From the NCBI GenBank assembly GCA_050698355.1, contig JBOHBN010000209.1, forward strand, positions 663-64,662: a DNA stretch of 64,000 nucleotides, given 5' to 3'. Below the pieces are notes generated by a model. That model was not told where the DNA came from. It was given only the letters and a program-made list of their open reading frames with translations, and made no database searches. Positions 44,516 to 53,059 of the stretch are shown in pieces. Made by a program: the position numbers and the translations under genes. Every line of letters starts with the position of its first letter. The stretch's first letter is position 1. Source of the stretch: Streptosporangiales bacterium. Lineage in GTDB: Bacteria > Actinomycetota > Actinomycetes > Streptosporangiales > WHST01.

Positions 44516-45586
44516 ATGGCTAGCCGCAAGACAAGGTCCCGCCTGCGCTGGCTCTTGCCCGCGGGCATCACCGCCCTCGCCGTGGGCGGGGCCGTCGGGT
44601 GGCCGGCACTCTCCGCCAGCGCGGAGCCGGCGCTGCCGAACGTGACCGCCCAGACGTTGGTGTCGCGGGCGCTCAGCTCGGGCGTCGACACGTTCTCGGG
44701 GACCGTACGCAACACCTCCAACCTGGGCCTGCCGCCGCTGCCGGAGCAGGCGCGCGGCACCGAGTTCGCGTCGCTGCTCAGCGGCTCCACAACGCTGCGC
44801 GTCGCCGAATCGGGCGACCACAAGCAGCGCCTTGCCGTGCTCGGTTCGAGCGGCGAGAAGAACATCGTGCGCAATGGCAGGGACGTCTGGACGTACGACA
44901 GCGGCGAGCGGGAGGCCGTGCACCGTACGCTCCCGGCCAAGGTCGACGATCACCGTACGGATGCGGCAAACCAGATCACCCCGGACAAGCTCGCCAAGCA
45001 GGCGCTCCGCTCGCTGCGCGACGACACCGCCATCACGGTCGGCCGCGCCGCCGAGGTCGCCGGGCGGCCGGCGTACCAGCTCGTCCTGCACCCGAACTCC
45101 GACAAGTCGCTGGTCGGGTCGGTCTCCACCTACATCGACGCGAAGACCTGGATGCCGCTCGGCGTGCAGGTGCTGCCGCGGGGTTCGTCCGACCCGGCGA
45201 TCGACTCGAGGTTCACCAAGCTGTCGTACGCGAAGCCGGACGCGTCCACCTTCGAGTTCACACCGCCGGCTGGTACGGACGTCAAGCAGGAGCCGGTCCA
45301 CGCCTGGAAGCACCCGGACCACGCGAGGCACCAGCAGGCTACCGGCGCCGACCACGAGTTCTCCTGGACGAAGGTCGTCCGGGTGGGCGACGTGTCGGAC
45401 GCCAAGGGCAAGCACGCCGGGTTCGTGCGCCAGCTGCGCGCCATGGGCACCAAGGTCAGCGGCGACTTCGGCAGCGGCACGCTGATCAGGTCCCGCCTCG
45501 TGACCGTGCTCGTGCTCGACGACGGCCCCGTGTACGCGGGCGCGGTCACGCCGCGGGCGGTCGAGGCAGCGGCGGCGGACAACTGA
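44516..45586 (+). CDS. Secreted LolA/RseB-like (DUF2092-type) protein
   Basis: ATG 44516 after GAGGTGA. Signal-like MASRKTRSRLRWLLPAGITALAVGGAVGWPALSASA. The body resembles the LolA-fold proteins that precede ABC-2 transporters in actinobacteria. Call from memory. Confidence 0.5.
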   Translation: MASRKTRSRLRWLLPAGITALAVGGAVGWPALSASAEPALPNVTAQTLVSRALSSGVDTFSGTVRNTSNLGLPPLPEQARGTEFASLLSGSTTLRVAESGDHKQRLAVLGSSGEKNIVRNGRDVWTYDSGEREAVHRTLPAKVDDHRTDAANQITPDKLAKQALRSLRDDTAITVGRAAEVAGRPAYQLVLHPNSDKSLVGSVSTYIDAKTWMPLGVQVLPRGSSDPAIDSRFTKLSYAKPDASTFEFTPPAGTDVKQEPVHAWKHPDHARHQQATGADHEFSWTKVVRVGDVSDAKGKHAGFVRQLRAMGTKVSGDFGSGTLIRSRLVTVLVLDDGPVYAGAVTPRAVEAAAADN

Positions 45587-45633
45587 CCGAGACAAGCCGC
45601 CGCCCCGCCGCCCCGTTCGAGAGATCGGCCGCC

Positions 45634-46596
45634 ATGGCGGCCGGACCGTCGGACGCGACGGAGCAGCCGTACGCGGTTGCGACCCGCGGGCTGTCGAAGC
45701 GGTTCCGCGGCGGGCAGTACGCCGTGCGCGACCTGGCGCTGCTCGTGCCCGAGGGCAGCGTGTTCGGTTTCCTCGGCCCGAACGGGTCGGGCAAGACCAC
45801 GACCATACGGATGCTGCTCGGCCTGGCGGCACCGACCGCGGGCGAGATCGCCGTATTCGGCCGGTCGGTGCCCGAACGCGCGGAGCAGGTGCTGCCGGAC
45901 GTCGGGGCGCTGATCGAGGGGCCGGCCGGCTACCCGCACCTGCCGGGCCGCGAGGTGCTCGTACGGATGGACGCCGCGGACCCGACCGCCGACCCGCGCA
46001 CCCGCAGGGAGCGGATCGCGCGGGCGCTCGAGCGGGTGGGCCTGGCCGCGTCGGCGGGTAAGAAGTACCGCGCGTACTCGCTCGGCATGCGGCAGCGGCT
46101 CGGCCTCGCCGCCGCGCTGCTGCGCCCGCGCCGCCTGCTCGTGCTGGACGAGCCCACCAACGGCCTCGACCCGCAGGGCACCCGCGAGATCAGGGCACTG
46201 ATCCGCGACCTCGCCGGTGACGGGACGACCGTGCTGCTGTCGTCCCACCTGCTCGCCGAGGTGGAGCAGGTCTGCACGCACGTCGCCGTGCTGAGCCACG
46301 GCGAGCTCGTCCGTCAGGGCACCGTCGACGACCTGCGCGAGCGGAGCGCGGCGCGGCTCTCCGTGTGTACGCCCGACGTCGAGCTGGCCGCCGCAACCAT
46401 GCGCGACCTGGGCCTCGCGGACGTCTCTCCCGCGCAGGAACGTGTCGAGGTCGATCCGGGGGAGGTCGCCGCCGAGGACGTGTGCGCGGCGCTCGTGCGT
46501 GCCGGGGTACGGGTCCGCGAGCTCACCTCGGTGGTGCCGTCGCTGGAGGACTCGTTCGTTCGGTTGACCGGGGAGGGCTTCGATGTCGTCCCCTGA
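45634..46596 (+). CDS. ABC transporter ATP-binding protein (ABC-2/DrrA-like)
   Basis: GPNGSGKTT, LGMRQRLGLAAAL and LVLDEPTNGLD. Confidence 0.9.
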   Translation: MAAGPSDATEQPYAVATRGLSKRFRGGQYAVRDLALLVPEGSVFGFLGPNGSGKTTTIRMLLGLAAPTAGEIAVFGRSVPERAEQVLPDVGALIEGPAGYPHLPGREVLVRMDAADPTADPRTRRERIARALERVGLAASAGKKYRAYSLGMRQRLGLAAALLRPRRLLVLDEPTNGLDPQGTREIRALIRDLAGDGTTVLLSSHLLAEVEQVCTHVAVLSHGELVRQGTVDDLRERSAARLSVCTPDVELAAATMRDLGLADVSPAQERVEVDPGEVAAEDVCAALVRAGVRVRELTSVVPSLEDSFVRLTGEGFDVVP

Positions 46597-47458
46597 CACG
46601 CTCGCGCGCGACCAGACCCCCACTGCCGCGGCCGCCCGGCCGAACCGGCTGGGCCTTTTCACCAACGAGCTCGCGGTAGTGTTCCGGCGCTTGCGGACGA
46701 TCGTCCTGCTTGCCTGCTACGCCGCCGTCCCCGTCCTGTTCGGCTTCGTGCTGCGGTTCGCCGCCGACCCGGGCGCGAGCGGCGGCGACGCGCCGGGGTT
46801 CATCGCGAGCGTCACGCAGAACGGCCTGTTCCTGCCGTTCCTCGCCATGTTCTTCCTGCTGCCGCTGTTCCTTCCGGTCGGCGTGGCGGTCGTCGCGGGG
46901 GACAGCGTCGCCGGCGAGGCGCACCTCGGCACGCTGCGCTACCTGCTCGTCGCCCCGGCAGGGCGGGTGCGCCTGCTCGCCGCGAAGCTCGTGTCGGTGT
47001 TCGCGTTCTGCCTGGTGGCACCGGTCGTCGTGGCGGTCTTCGGGCTGCTCGTCGGCCTGGCACTGTTCCCGCACACCGGCATGCCATTGCTGACCGGCAC
47101 CACCATCTCGTACGGCCAGGGCCTGTGGCGGGTGTTCCTCGTGACCTGCTACGTGGCCGCCAGCCTCACCGGCATCGGCATGATCGGTCTGTTCGCGTCC
47201 ACGCTCACCGAGGCGCCGCTCGGGGCGATGGCCGCGACGGTGGCGACGCCACTCGTCAGCCAGATACTGGGCGCCGTGCCGCAGCTCGCGGTGATCCAGC
47301 CGTACCTGCCGACGCACCAGTGGCTCACCTTCGTCGACCTGCTCCGCGACCCCATCTACACGCCCAACCTGCTGAACGGGCTGCTGATCCAGCTGGTCTA
47401 CGTCCTCGTCTTCACCTCCGCCGCGTACGCGCGCATCACCACCCGCGACGTCGCCTGA
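46583..47458 (+). CDS. ABC-2-type transporter permease
   Basis: 291 aa with six hydrophobic segments. It overlaps the ATPase gene by 14 nt. Confidence 0.75.
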   Translation: MSSPDTLARDQTPTAAAARPNRLGLFTNELAVVFRRLRTIVLLACYAAVPVLFGFVLRFAADPGASGGDAPGFIASVTQNGLFLPFLAMFFLLPLFLPVGVAVVAGDSVAGEAHLGTLRYLLVAPAGRVRLLAAKLVSVFAFCLVAPVVVAVFGLLVGLALFPHTGMPLLTGTTISYGQGLWRVFLVTCYVAASLTGIGMIGLFASTLTEAPLGAMAATVATPLVSQILGAVPQLAVIQPYLPTHQWLTFVDLLRDPIYTPNLLNGLLIQLVYVLVFTSAAYARITTRDVA

Positions 47459-47488
47459 GCCGTCTGCGGCCAGGGCGCCGCGACACTG

Positions 47489-49600
47489 CTAGTCCAGGTG
47501 CCTGGGCAACTGCTTGCCGAGCCAGTGGTCGAGCGTTCGCACGTACGTCGCGGTGAGGTGGCCGGCGTTGCGGTAGACGAGAACGTTGCCGATGACGGCG
47601 GGACACTCGCCGTTCTGGCAGAGCTTGGGCGTCGGGTCGATGACCTTGACGCCGTCGGTCTTCTTCGCCGCCTCCGCGCCGACCGGCGCGAAGTCGAACC
47701 CGGTCTTCTTCGAGAACGCGCAGGTGCGCAGATCCTTCAGGTGTTGGGAGACGCAGTCGGGCATCTCCTGCGGCGGATGCGGCACCTCGTGCACCACGAA
47801 CACCCGGGCGCCGGTCGAGCGCAACCGCTCCAGCGTCCTGGCGTACCCGGCCTCGAACGCGTTGTCGCTCGCGTCGGAGGGGAGCTTGCGGTCGCCTTCC
47901 ATGACCGTGTAGTCGGTCAAGCTGCTGGTCAGGACCATGTCCGGCGCGATCCCGTCGATCTGTTGCAGCGCGTCCTTCCGCCAGTCGCCGCACTCGGTGT
48001 ACGCGCGCCGGAGGTCGGCCTTGTATCTGGCGATGTCCGCCGGCGGGCAGCCGGCCTTGGCGAAGACGACGAGCCGCCAGTGCCTGTCCTTGGCCACCTT
48101 GTTCAGCGCGGTGGACCACTGCATGGCATGCGAGTCACCGAACAGCACGACCGTGTGCTTGCTCGACTTGTCGCCGTACACGCACTTCTTCGCCGACGTG
48201 TCCTTGGTGCCGGCCAGGCACCCGGAGTTCTGGATCGGTCCACGGTCGTCGGCGGCCTCCTGCGGGGCGGGGCGCACCGCGGCGGCCCTCGGCTGCGGCG
48301 GCTTCGTCTGCTCCAGCGCCCGCGCGCCCTTCGCGTCCTCCTTCGAGGCGGTCGGCATGGTCGGCGTGGCAGCGTGCAGCCCCGCGCCGAGCAGCACGAC
48401 GAAGCAGGTCGAGGCCATCCCGAAGCGCAGCGCCCTGGCCGGAACCCGGCTGAAACCACGGAACCGCCGGAACGGCTCCTCCACGAGGCGGTGCGTCAGC
48501 AGGGCCGGCACGTACGACGCGGCGACCACAAGCACCGCCTGCAGCGCGGACAGGTGCCCCCAGTGGGCCTGGGCGAAGACGATGAACGGCCAGTGCCACA
48601 TGTACCAGACGTACGAGACCCGGCCGACGTGTCGAAGCGGCGGGAGGGACAGGAGGCGGTGCGGCCAGGCGGTCGTCGTCGTGGAGCCGGCCACGATGAG
48701 CGCGCCGGCGCCGAGCGTCGGGACGAGCGCCAGGGCGCCGGGGAAGCTCGTGTCGTCGCCGAACGCGACGGCCGACCAGCCGATCGCCGCGAACCCGCAG
48801 GCGGACAGCAGGGCTGCGAGCCACCGCGGCAGCGTGCGGGGCGAGGCGAGCACGAGCGCGAGCACCCCGCCCAGAGCCAGCTCCCAGCCCCGGGTGAGCG
48901 TCGAGAAGTACGCCCGACCGGCCTCCGCGTACGTCAGGTAGACGCACCAACCGAAGGACGCGGCCGCGACGGTTGCCAGGGCACCGGCGAGCACCGGCCG
49001 GATGTTGCGGCCGGAGCGCCGCCACCACCAGGTGACGAGCAGCAGCAGTGCGGGCCACGCCAGGTAGAACTGCTCCTCGACGGCCAGCGACCAGAAGTGC
49101 TGGACGGGGCTTTCCTGCGTGCCCGCCGCGAGGTAGTCGATGGCGCGGGAGACCAGCCGCCAGTTGATGACGTACACGCCGGACGCGATCACGTCGCCGG
49201 CCACGATGAGCCGCCGTACCGGGGAGAACAGCGCCCAGGAGAGCGCCGCGACCGCGACCAGGACGACGGTGAAGGACGGCAGCAACCGTTTCGCGCGGCG
49301 CGCGTAGAACCCCCGGATCGAGATCGTTCCGGTGCCCTCGATCTCGCGCAGCAGCAGCCCGGTGATCAGGAACCCGGAGATGACGAAGAAGATGTCGACG
49401 CCCACGTAGCCGCCGGTGACGAACGGCAGGCTCGCGTGGTACAGCAGCACCGCCACCACGGCGATGCCGCGCAGCCCCTCCACGTCCGGGCGGAAGGCCT
49501 TCCTGGCGGGCTCCCTGCGCTGCGACCCGGCTCGGTGCCGGCCGGCTGGCCGTCGACCAGTTGCGTGCGCGTGCGGGACGCGCTCACGAGAGGGTGCCAT
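47489..49600 (-). CDS. Acyltransferase-3 family membrane protein fused to a C-terminal SGNH hydrolase domain (OafA/YrhL-like)
   Basis: 703 aa. N-terminus LRGIAVVAVLLYHASLPFVTGGYVGVDIFFVISGFLIT, about 10 TM segments, then C-terminal VVLFGDSHAMQW...NAGHLT. Confidence 0.85.
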   Translation of the reverse strand: MAPSRERVPHAHATGRRPAGRHRAGSQRREPARKAFRPDVEGLRGIAVVAVLLYHASLPFVTGGYVGVDIFFVISGFLITGLLLREIEGTGTISIRGFYARRAKRLLPSFTVVLVAVAALSWALFSPVRRLIVAGDVIASGVYVINWRLVSRAIDYLAAGTQESPVQHFWSLAVEEQFYLAWPALLLLVTWWWRRSGRNIRPVLAGALATVAAASFGWCVYLTYAEAGRAYFSTLTRGWELALGGVLALVLASPRTLPRWLAALLSACGFAAIGWSAVAFGDDTSFPGALALVPTLGAGALIVAGSTTTTAWPHRLLSLPPLRHVGRVSYVWYMWHWPFIVFAQAHWGHLSALQAVLVVAASYVPALLTHRLVEEPFRRFRGFSRVPARALRFGMASTCFVVLLGAGLHAATPTMPTASKEDAKGARALEQTKPPQPRAAAVRPAPQEAADDRGPIQNSGCLAGTKDTSAKKCVYGDKSSKHTVVLFGDSHAMQWSTALNKVAKDRHWRLVVFAKAGCPPADIARYKADLRRAYTECGDWRKDALQQIDGIAPDMVLTSSLTDYTVMEGDRKLPSDASDNAFEAGYARTLERLRSTGARVFVVHEVPHPPQEMPDCVSQHLKDLRTCAFSKKTGFDFAPVGAEAAKKTDGVKVIDPTPKLCQNGECPAVIGNVLVYRNAGHLTATYVRTLDHWLGKQLPRHLD

Positions 49601-49654
49601 CTTTACGGAATCGTAACAGAAGCGTGCCCTGCTCGAGACGTGCGGTTTCCTTGT

Positions 49655-50143
49655 CTACGGGCTTCGCTCCATCGTCACCACGACCTGTGCCGGGCGGAAG
49701 ACGCGCGACCCGTGCGCGAAGCCGCGCCGCCGCAGCTCGACCACGCGGCCGGCGGGTGCGCCGCCCGTAGCCGCGGAGGCGACCGCCTCGTGCCGGTCGG
49801 GGTCGAACACGTCGGCCTCGACCTGGGTCACCCCGTGTCGCGCGAGCACGTCGAGCAGCTCGTCGCGCACCGAGCGGACGAACTGCGGGTCCGCGCCGTC
49901 GTAGCGATCGAGCCGGTCGATGACCAGGGCGAGGCCGTGAATGAGCGGTTCGAGGAACTCCCGGAACGGGCCGTCCTTGGCCTGCCGTAGCTCTTCGCGC
50001 AGCGTCTCGATCGCCTCGCGCTTGCCCCGGTCGTCGAGCAGGCGCCGCTGGAACAGGTCGCGGAGCTCATCCAGCCGATTGACGACATCGACGTGGCCGG
50101 CATCCTCGACATAGTCGACCTGCTCTTGATCAGACGAGCTCAC
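49655..50143 (-). CDS. Short GrpE-like nucleotide-exchange factor
   Basis: GTG at 50143 overlaps the Hsp70 stop (GTGA). The 162-aa product has a coiled-coil (NRLDELRDLFQRRLLDDRGKREAIETLREEL), then GVTQVEADVFDPDRHEAVASA...VVELRRRGFAHGSRVFRPAQVVV, which matches the GrpE C-terminal beta-domain pattern. Confidence 0.7.
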   Translation of the reverse strand: MSSSDQEQVDYVEDAGHVDVVNRLDELRDLFQRRLLDDRGKREAIETLREELRQAKDGPFREFLEPLIHGLALVIDRLDRYDGADPQFVRSVRDELLDVLARHGVTQVEADVFDPDRHEAVASAATGGAPAGRVVELRRRGFAHGSRVFRPAQVVVTMERSP

Positions 50144-51684
50144 TCGACCTCCACGCTGCCCATCGCGACCCGCATCTGGTCGACCTCGGAACGGTCCAGG
50201 TTGAGCGGGCGGTCCAGCTCGATCTCGCCGAGCGACTTGTTGTTGGTGAGGTCGACGATCTCGACGTGCACCACGCCGTCGATGTCGTAGGACATGATGA
50301 CCTTCATGTTCGACCCCCTCCGCAAGCCGGTCGGCAGGTCGATCGGTCGCTCCAGCAGGATCGTGACGTACTCCGGCTCCGGGTCGTCGCCCTCGGTCAC
50401 CTGGAACAGCCATTGCCGCTGATCGTCCGACAGCGTGTGGAAGGTGTTCTCGTGCTTGCACGGGATCTTGCTGTTCTTCGGGATGACCGGGAAGTTGCGC
50501 AGCGGGTCACCCTCGTTCCCCCCGCCGGCGACGGCGAGCACGCCGAGGCTCTGCGAGGTGACGTCCTTGATGGAGATAGCCGCCGCTTGAGCGCCCTCGC
50601 CGCGACTCCTCTCGGTGGGGCCGCTTCCCTCGGCCGCTGCCATGTCGGCGACGGTCGCGGCGCCGAGCGCCACCGCCTCGTCGGGATTGATCCGCGACTC
50701 CGGCACCAACCCCCCGACCCGCTCGATCATCTGCGCGATCATCGGCATCCGGGTCGAGCCACCGACGAGCAGGATGCGGTCGATCTGTGACCACTGGAGT
50801 CCCGCGTCGTCCATGACGCCTTCGAGCGTCACCTCCGTACGGTCGAGCAGGGGCTTGGTCATCGCCTCGAACTGCTCGCGGGTCACCTGGATGCGGTGGC
50901 TGCTGCCGCCTGCGGTGATGAACACCGACGCCTGACCCACGCCCGTGAGCGTGCGCTTGGCGAGCTCGCACTTCTCCCGCAGGTCGGTCTCCATCGCGCC
51001 ACTGTCGAGCAGGTCGGGCCCGCCGGCCCGCCGCACCTGGTTCGCCACGTGCTTCATCAGCTCGTTGTCGAAGTCGAAGCCGCCGAGGTTGCGGTCGCCG
51101 TCGGTGGCGATGACCTCGAACTCGCCCTTGTCGACCTTCATCGCGGTCACGTCGAACGTGCCGCCGCCGAGGTCGTAGACAAGGATCGTGCCGCTGTCGA
51201 GGCCCTGCAGCCCGTACGCGACGGCGGCGGCGGTCGGTTCGTTGATGAGGCGCAGGACGTTCAGGCCGGCGATCTCGCCCGCGTCCTGGGTCGCCTTGCG
51301 CCGCGCGTCGTCGAAGTACGCCGGGACGGTGATGACGACGTCCTCGATGCGTTCGCCCTGCAGCAGCTCGGCGTCGTCGACGAGGTGCTTGAGGATGAAC
51401 GCCGAGACCTGTTCCGCGCGGTACTCGTTGCCCTGGGTGTCGACGAACCGCCAGTGCGGGTCGCCCATGAAGCGCTTCACGAACGCGGCGGAGTCGTCGG
51501 GCATGGCCGCCGCGCTGCGCTTCGCGGTGGACCCGACCAGCACTTGGCCGCCCTGCGACAGCACCACGGAGGCCGTGATGTTCTCGCCTTCCCGGTTGCG
51601 CAGGATCTGCGGCGTGCCGTCGCTGTCGACGGCCGCAACGGCCGAGAAAGTCGTACCCAGGTCGATTCCCAGGGCTCGCGTCAC
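50140..51684 (-). CDS. Atypical Hsp70-family ATPase lacking the alpha-helical lid (HscC-like)
   Basis: NBD motifs GIDLGTTFSAVA, VITVPAYFDDARRKATQDAG, DLGGGTFDVT and LVGGSTRMP. A beta-sandwich SBD follows (IKDVTSQSLGV...) and the protein ends about 130 aa later. The start was set at GTG 51684 (VTRALGIDLG) because the 45 upstream codons of the track ORF translate a repeat element. Confidence 0.85.
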   Translation of the reverse strand: MTRALGIDLGTTFSAVAAVDSDGTPQILRNREGENITASVVLSQGGQVLVGSTAKRSAAAMPDDSAAFVKRFMGDPHWRFVDTQGNEYRAEQVSAFILKHLVDDAELLQGERIEDVVITVPAYFDDARRKATQDAGEIAGLNVLRLINEPTAAAVAYGLQGLDSGTILVYDLGGGTFDVTAMKVDKGEFEVIATDGDRNLGGFDFDNELMKHVANQVRRAGGPDLLDSGAMETDLREKCELAKRTLTGVGQASVFITAGGSSHRIQVTREQFEAMTKPLLDRTEVTLEGVMDDAGLQWSQIDRILLVGGSTRMPMIAQMIERVGGLVPESRINPDEAVALGAATVADMAAAEGSGPTERSRGEGAQAAAISIKDVTSQSLGVLAVAGGGNEGDPLRNFPVIPKNSKIPCKHENTFHTLSDDQRQWLFQVTEGDDPEPEYVTILLERPIDLPTGLRRGSNMKVIMSYDIDGVVHVEIVDLTNNKSLGEIELDRPLNLDRSEVDQMRVAMGSVEVE

Positions 51685-51698
51685 TGTCCCACCGTCCT

Positions 51699-51791
51699 TA
51701 CCGAGGAGATCATCACTAGCTGGACCGCCGAGACGCCATTGTTGCAGTTCAGCGAGCCTCGACAGTCGGGCAACTAATGATCTCCTCGGTA
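51699..51791 (-). ncRNA. Copy 1 of a ~90-nt conserved rod-like hairpin element (candidate cis-regulatory RNA or palindromic DNA element), sense to the downstream Hsp70 gene
   Basis: 15-bp terminal arms TACCGAGGAGATCAT/ATGATCTCCTCGGTA. By hand alignment its reverse complement matches 57850-57938 without gaps at 69 of 89 positions, and the stem differences are compensatory. The 5' arm covers the stop codon of the J-like gene. Confidence 0.5.
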
Positions 51792-52970
51792 CCGAAGCCT
51801 CTTCCGGTTGCGCTTCCAACCCGGAACTCGCGTGTTGAAGTACAGCAGCACAAGGATGCCAGCCGCCAGGACGAATGCGGTGACACCGGTGCCCAGCTCA
51901 TCTCCCAGCCAAGTCACGCCTGCGATGACGAGCGCGACGGCCAGGCCGAGCACGACGAGCAGGAACCTACGCATCAGCCCGGTCGCGACGTGCCACTGCC
52001 GCCGCTCGCACCACCGCAGGTACCCGCGTACGTCGCCCGCTCGATCGCGTACGTCCGGATCGTCGGTTACCCGCTCGGCCTCCTGCACGAGGCCGCGCAT
52101 CCGGGCGATCTCGGCCTTGCTGGTCACGAAGTAGTTGCTGCCGTCGCGATACCTGGGTACGAGCTCGGCCAACGTGATCAGGCAGTTCCCGAGGGCCACG
52201 CCCGCGGCCTGCTTGTCGTGGCCGCGCTCCACGATGTCCTCGAGAACCGGACGCGCCTGCGCCGGCTTCCCGGCTTGCATCCAGGCGTTCGCGGCGGCGA
52301 GGCGCGGCCTCTCGTCGCTACGGTCGAGGTCCGCGGCCGAGGAGTAGACGCCGGCCGCGTCGTCCCACTGTCCCAGCGCCTCGTGGATGCCGCCGAGGTC
52401 CAGGTGGAACTGCAGGTAGTTCGGCGCGAGCTCGATCGCCCGCTGCATCTCGAACAGCGCGTCGTCGGCGTTGCCCAGCCCCAGGTTCGCGCGCGCCAGG
52501 ACGCTCCACGCCGCCGCGGACCGCGGGTCGCGCTCGCGCGCCTCGCGCGCGGCGTACACGGCCGACCGGTGATCGCGCTTGGCCAGGTAGTCGAACGCCT
52601 GTCCGACCCAGTCGATGCCGTCCTGCGGCGGCTGGGGTGCGGGCCGCTGCCGCGGCGCGGGGGCCGGCTGCCCTCCCGGCTGCGGCGCCGGTTCGGGTCG
52701 GGGCTCGGGTTCCGGCTCGCTCGGCCCCCTCTCCAGCCTGCGCAGGTACGCGGCGCGGCGCGCGTCGTCGAGCAGGACCTCCTTGGCCTCGCTTAGGAGC
52801 TGGACCTTCTTCTCGGCCTCCTGGCGGCGGGCGAGGTCGGGGTTGCTCGTGCGCTTCTGCCAGGTGCGCAGCTCCTGCTTGACCCGCCGGGAGATCTCCT
52901 CGGCCGCTGCACCGCGTGGTATTCCGAGGGCCTCGAAGTAGTCGAGGGCGGGGCCCCCGTGGTCGTTCAC
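51774..52970 (-). CDS. J-domain-like / TPR-repeat protein with two C-terminal TM helices. The HPD motif is replaced by NPD.
   Basis: 398 aa. The N-terminus is LDYFEALGIPRGAAAEEISRRVKQELRTWQKRTSNPDLARRQEAEKKVQLLSEAKEVLLDDARRAAYLRRL. A Pro-rich linker follows, then TPR-like AWSVLARANLGLGNADDALFEMQRAIELAPNY.. and C-terminal FLLVVLGLAVALVIAGV / AFVLAAGILVLLYF. GTG start after GGGAGG. Confidence 0.7.
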   Translation of the reverse strand: MNDHGGPALDYFEALGIPRGAAAEEISRRVKQELRTWQKRTSNPDLARRQEAEKKVQLLSEAKEVLLDDARRAAYLRRLERGPSEPEPEPRPEPAPQPGGQPAPAPRQRPAPQPPQDGIDWVGQAFDYLAKRDHRSAVYAAREARERDPRSAAAWSVLARANLGLGNADDALFEMQRAIELAPNYLQFHLDLGGIHEALGQWDDAAGVYSSAADLDRSDERPRLAAANAWMQAGKPAQARPVLEDIVERGHDKQAAGVALGNCLITLAELVPRYRDGSNYFVTSKAEIARMRGLVQEAERVTDDPDVRDRAGDVRGYLRWCERRQWHVATGLMRRFLLVVLGLAVALVIAGVTWLGDELGTGVTAFVLAAGILVLLYFNTRVPGWKRNRKRLRYRGDH

Positions 52971-53059
52971 CGCTGGACCTCCCAGTCCCGTTCTCGGATC
53001 AGTATCTCAGCCCATCTACAGCGGGGTTCGCGATACTGGCACGTTGGCAGGCTCAGCCA

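Noticed and set aside
51685-51819. An N-terminal extension of the Hsp70 (MEAQPEEASVPRRSLVARLSRLAELQQWRLGGPASDDLLG...) that resembles the N-terminus of the ORF at 57847.
   Set aside because: The similarity is nucleotide-level and comes from the ~90-nt hairpin element being translated in both places. The extension would also overlap the upstream gene by 46 nt. Canonical Hsp70 N-termini begin just before GIDLGTT.
52971-53059. A search for known heat-shock operators (CIRCE TTAGCACTC-N9-GAGTGCTAA, HAIR CTTGAGT-N7-ACTCAAG) upstream of the atypical Hsp70 operon.
   Set aside because: Neither consensus is present. Only a 7-bp CAGTATC/GATACTG inverted repeat is seen, which is too short to call.
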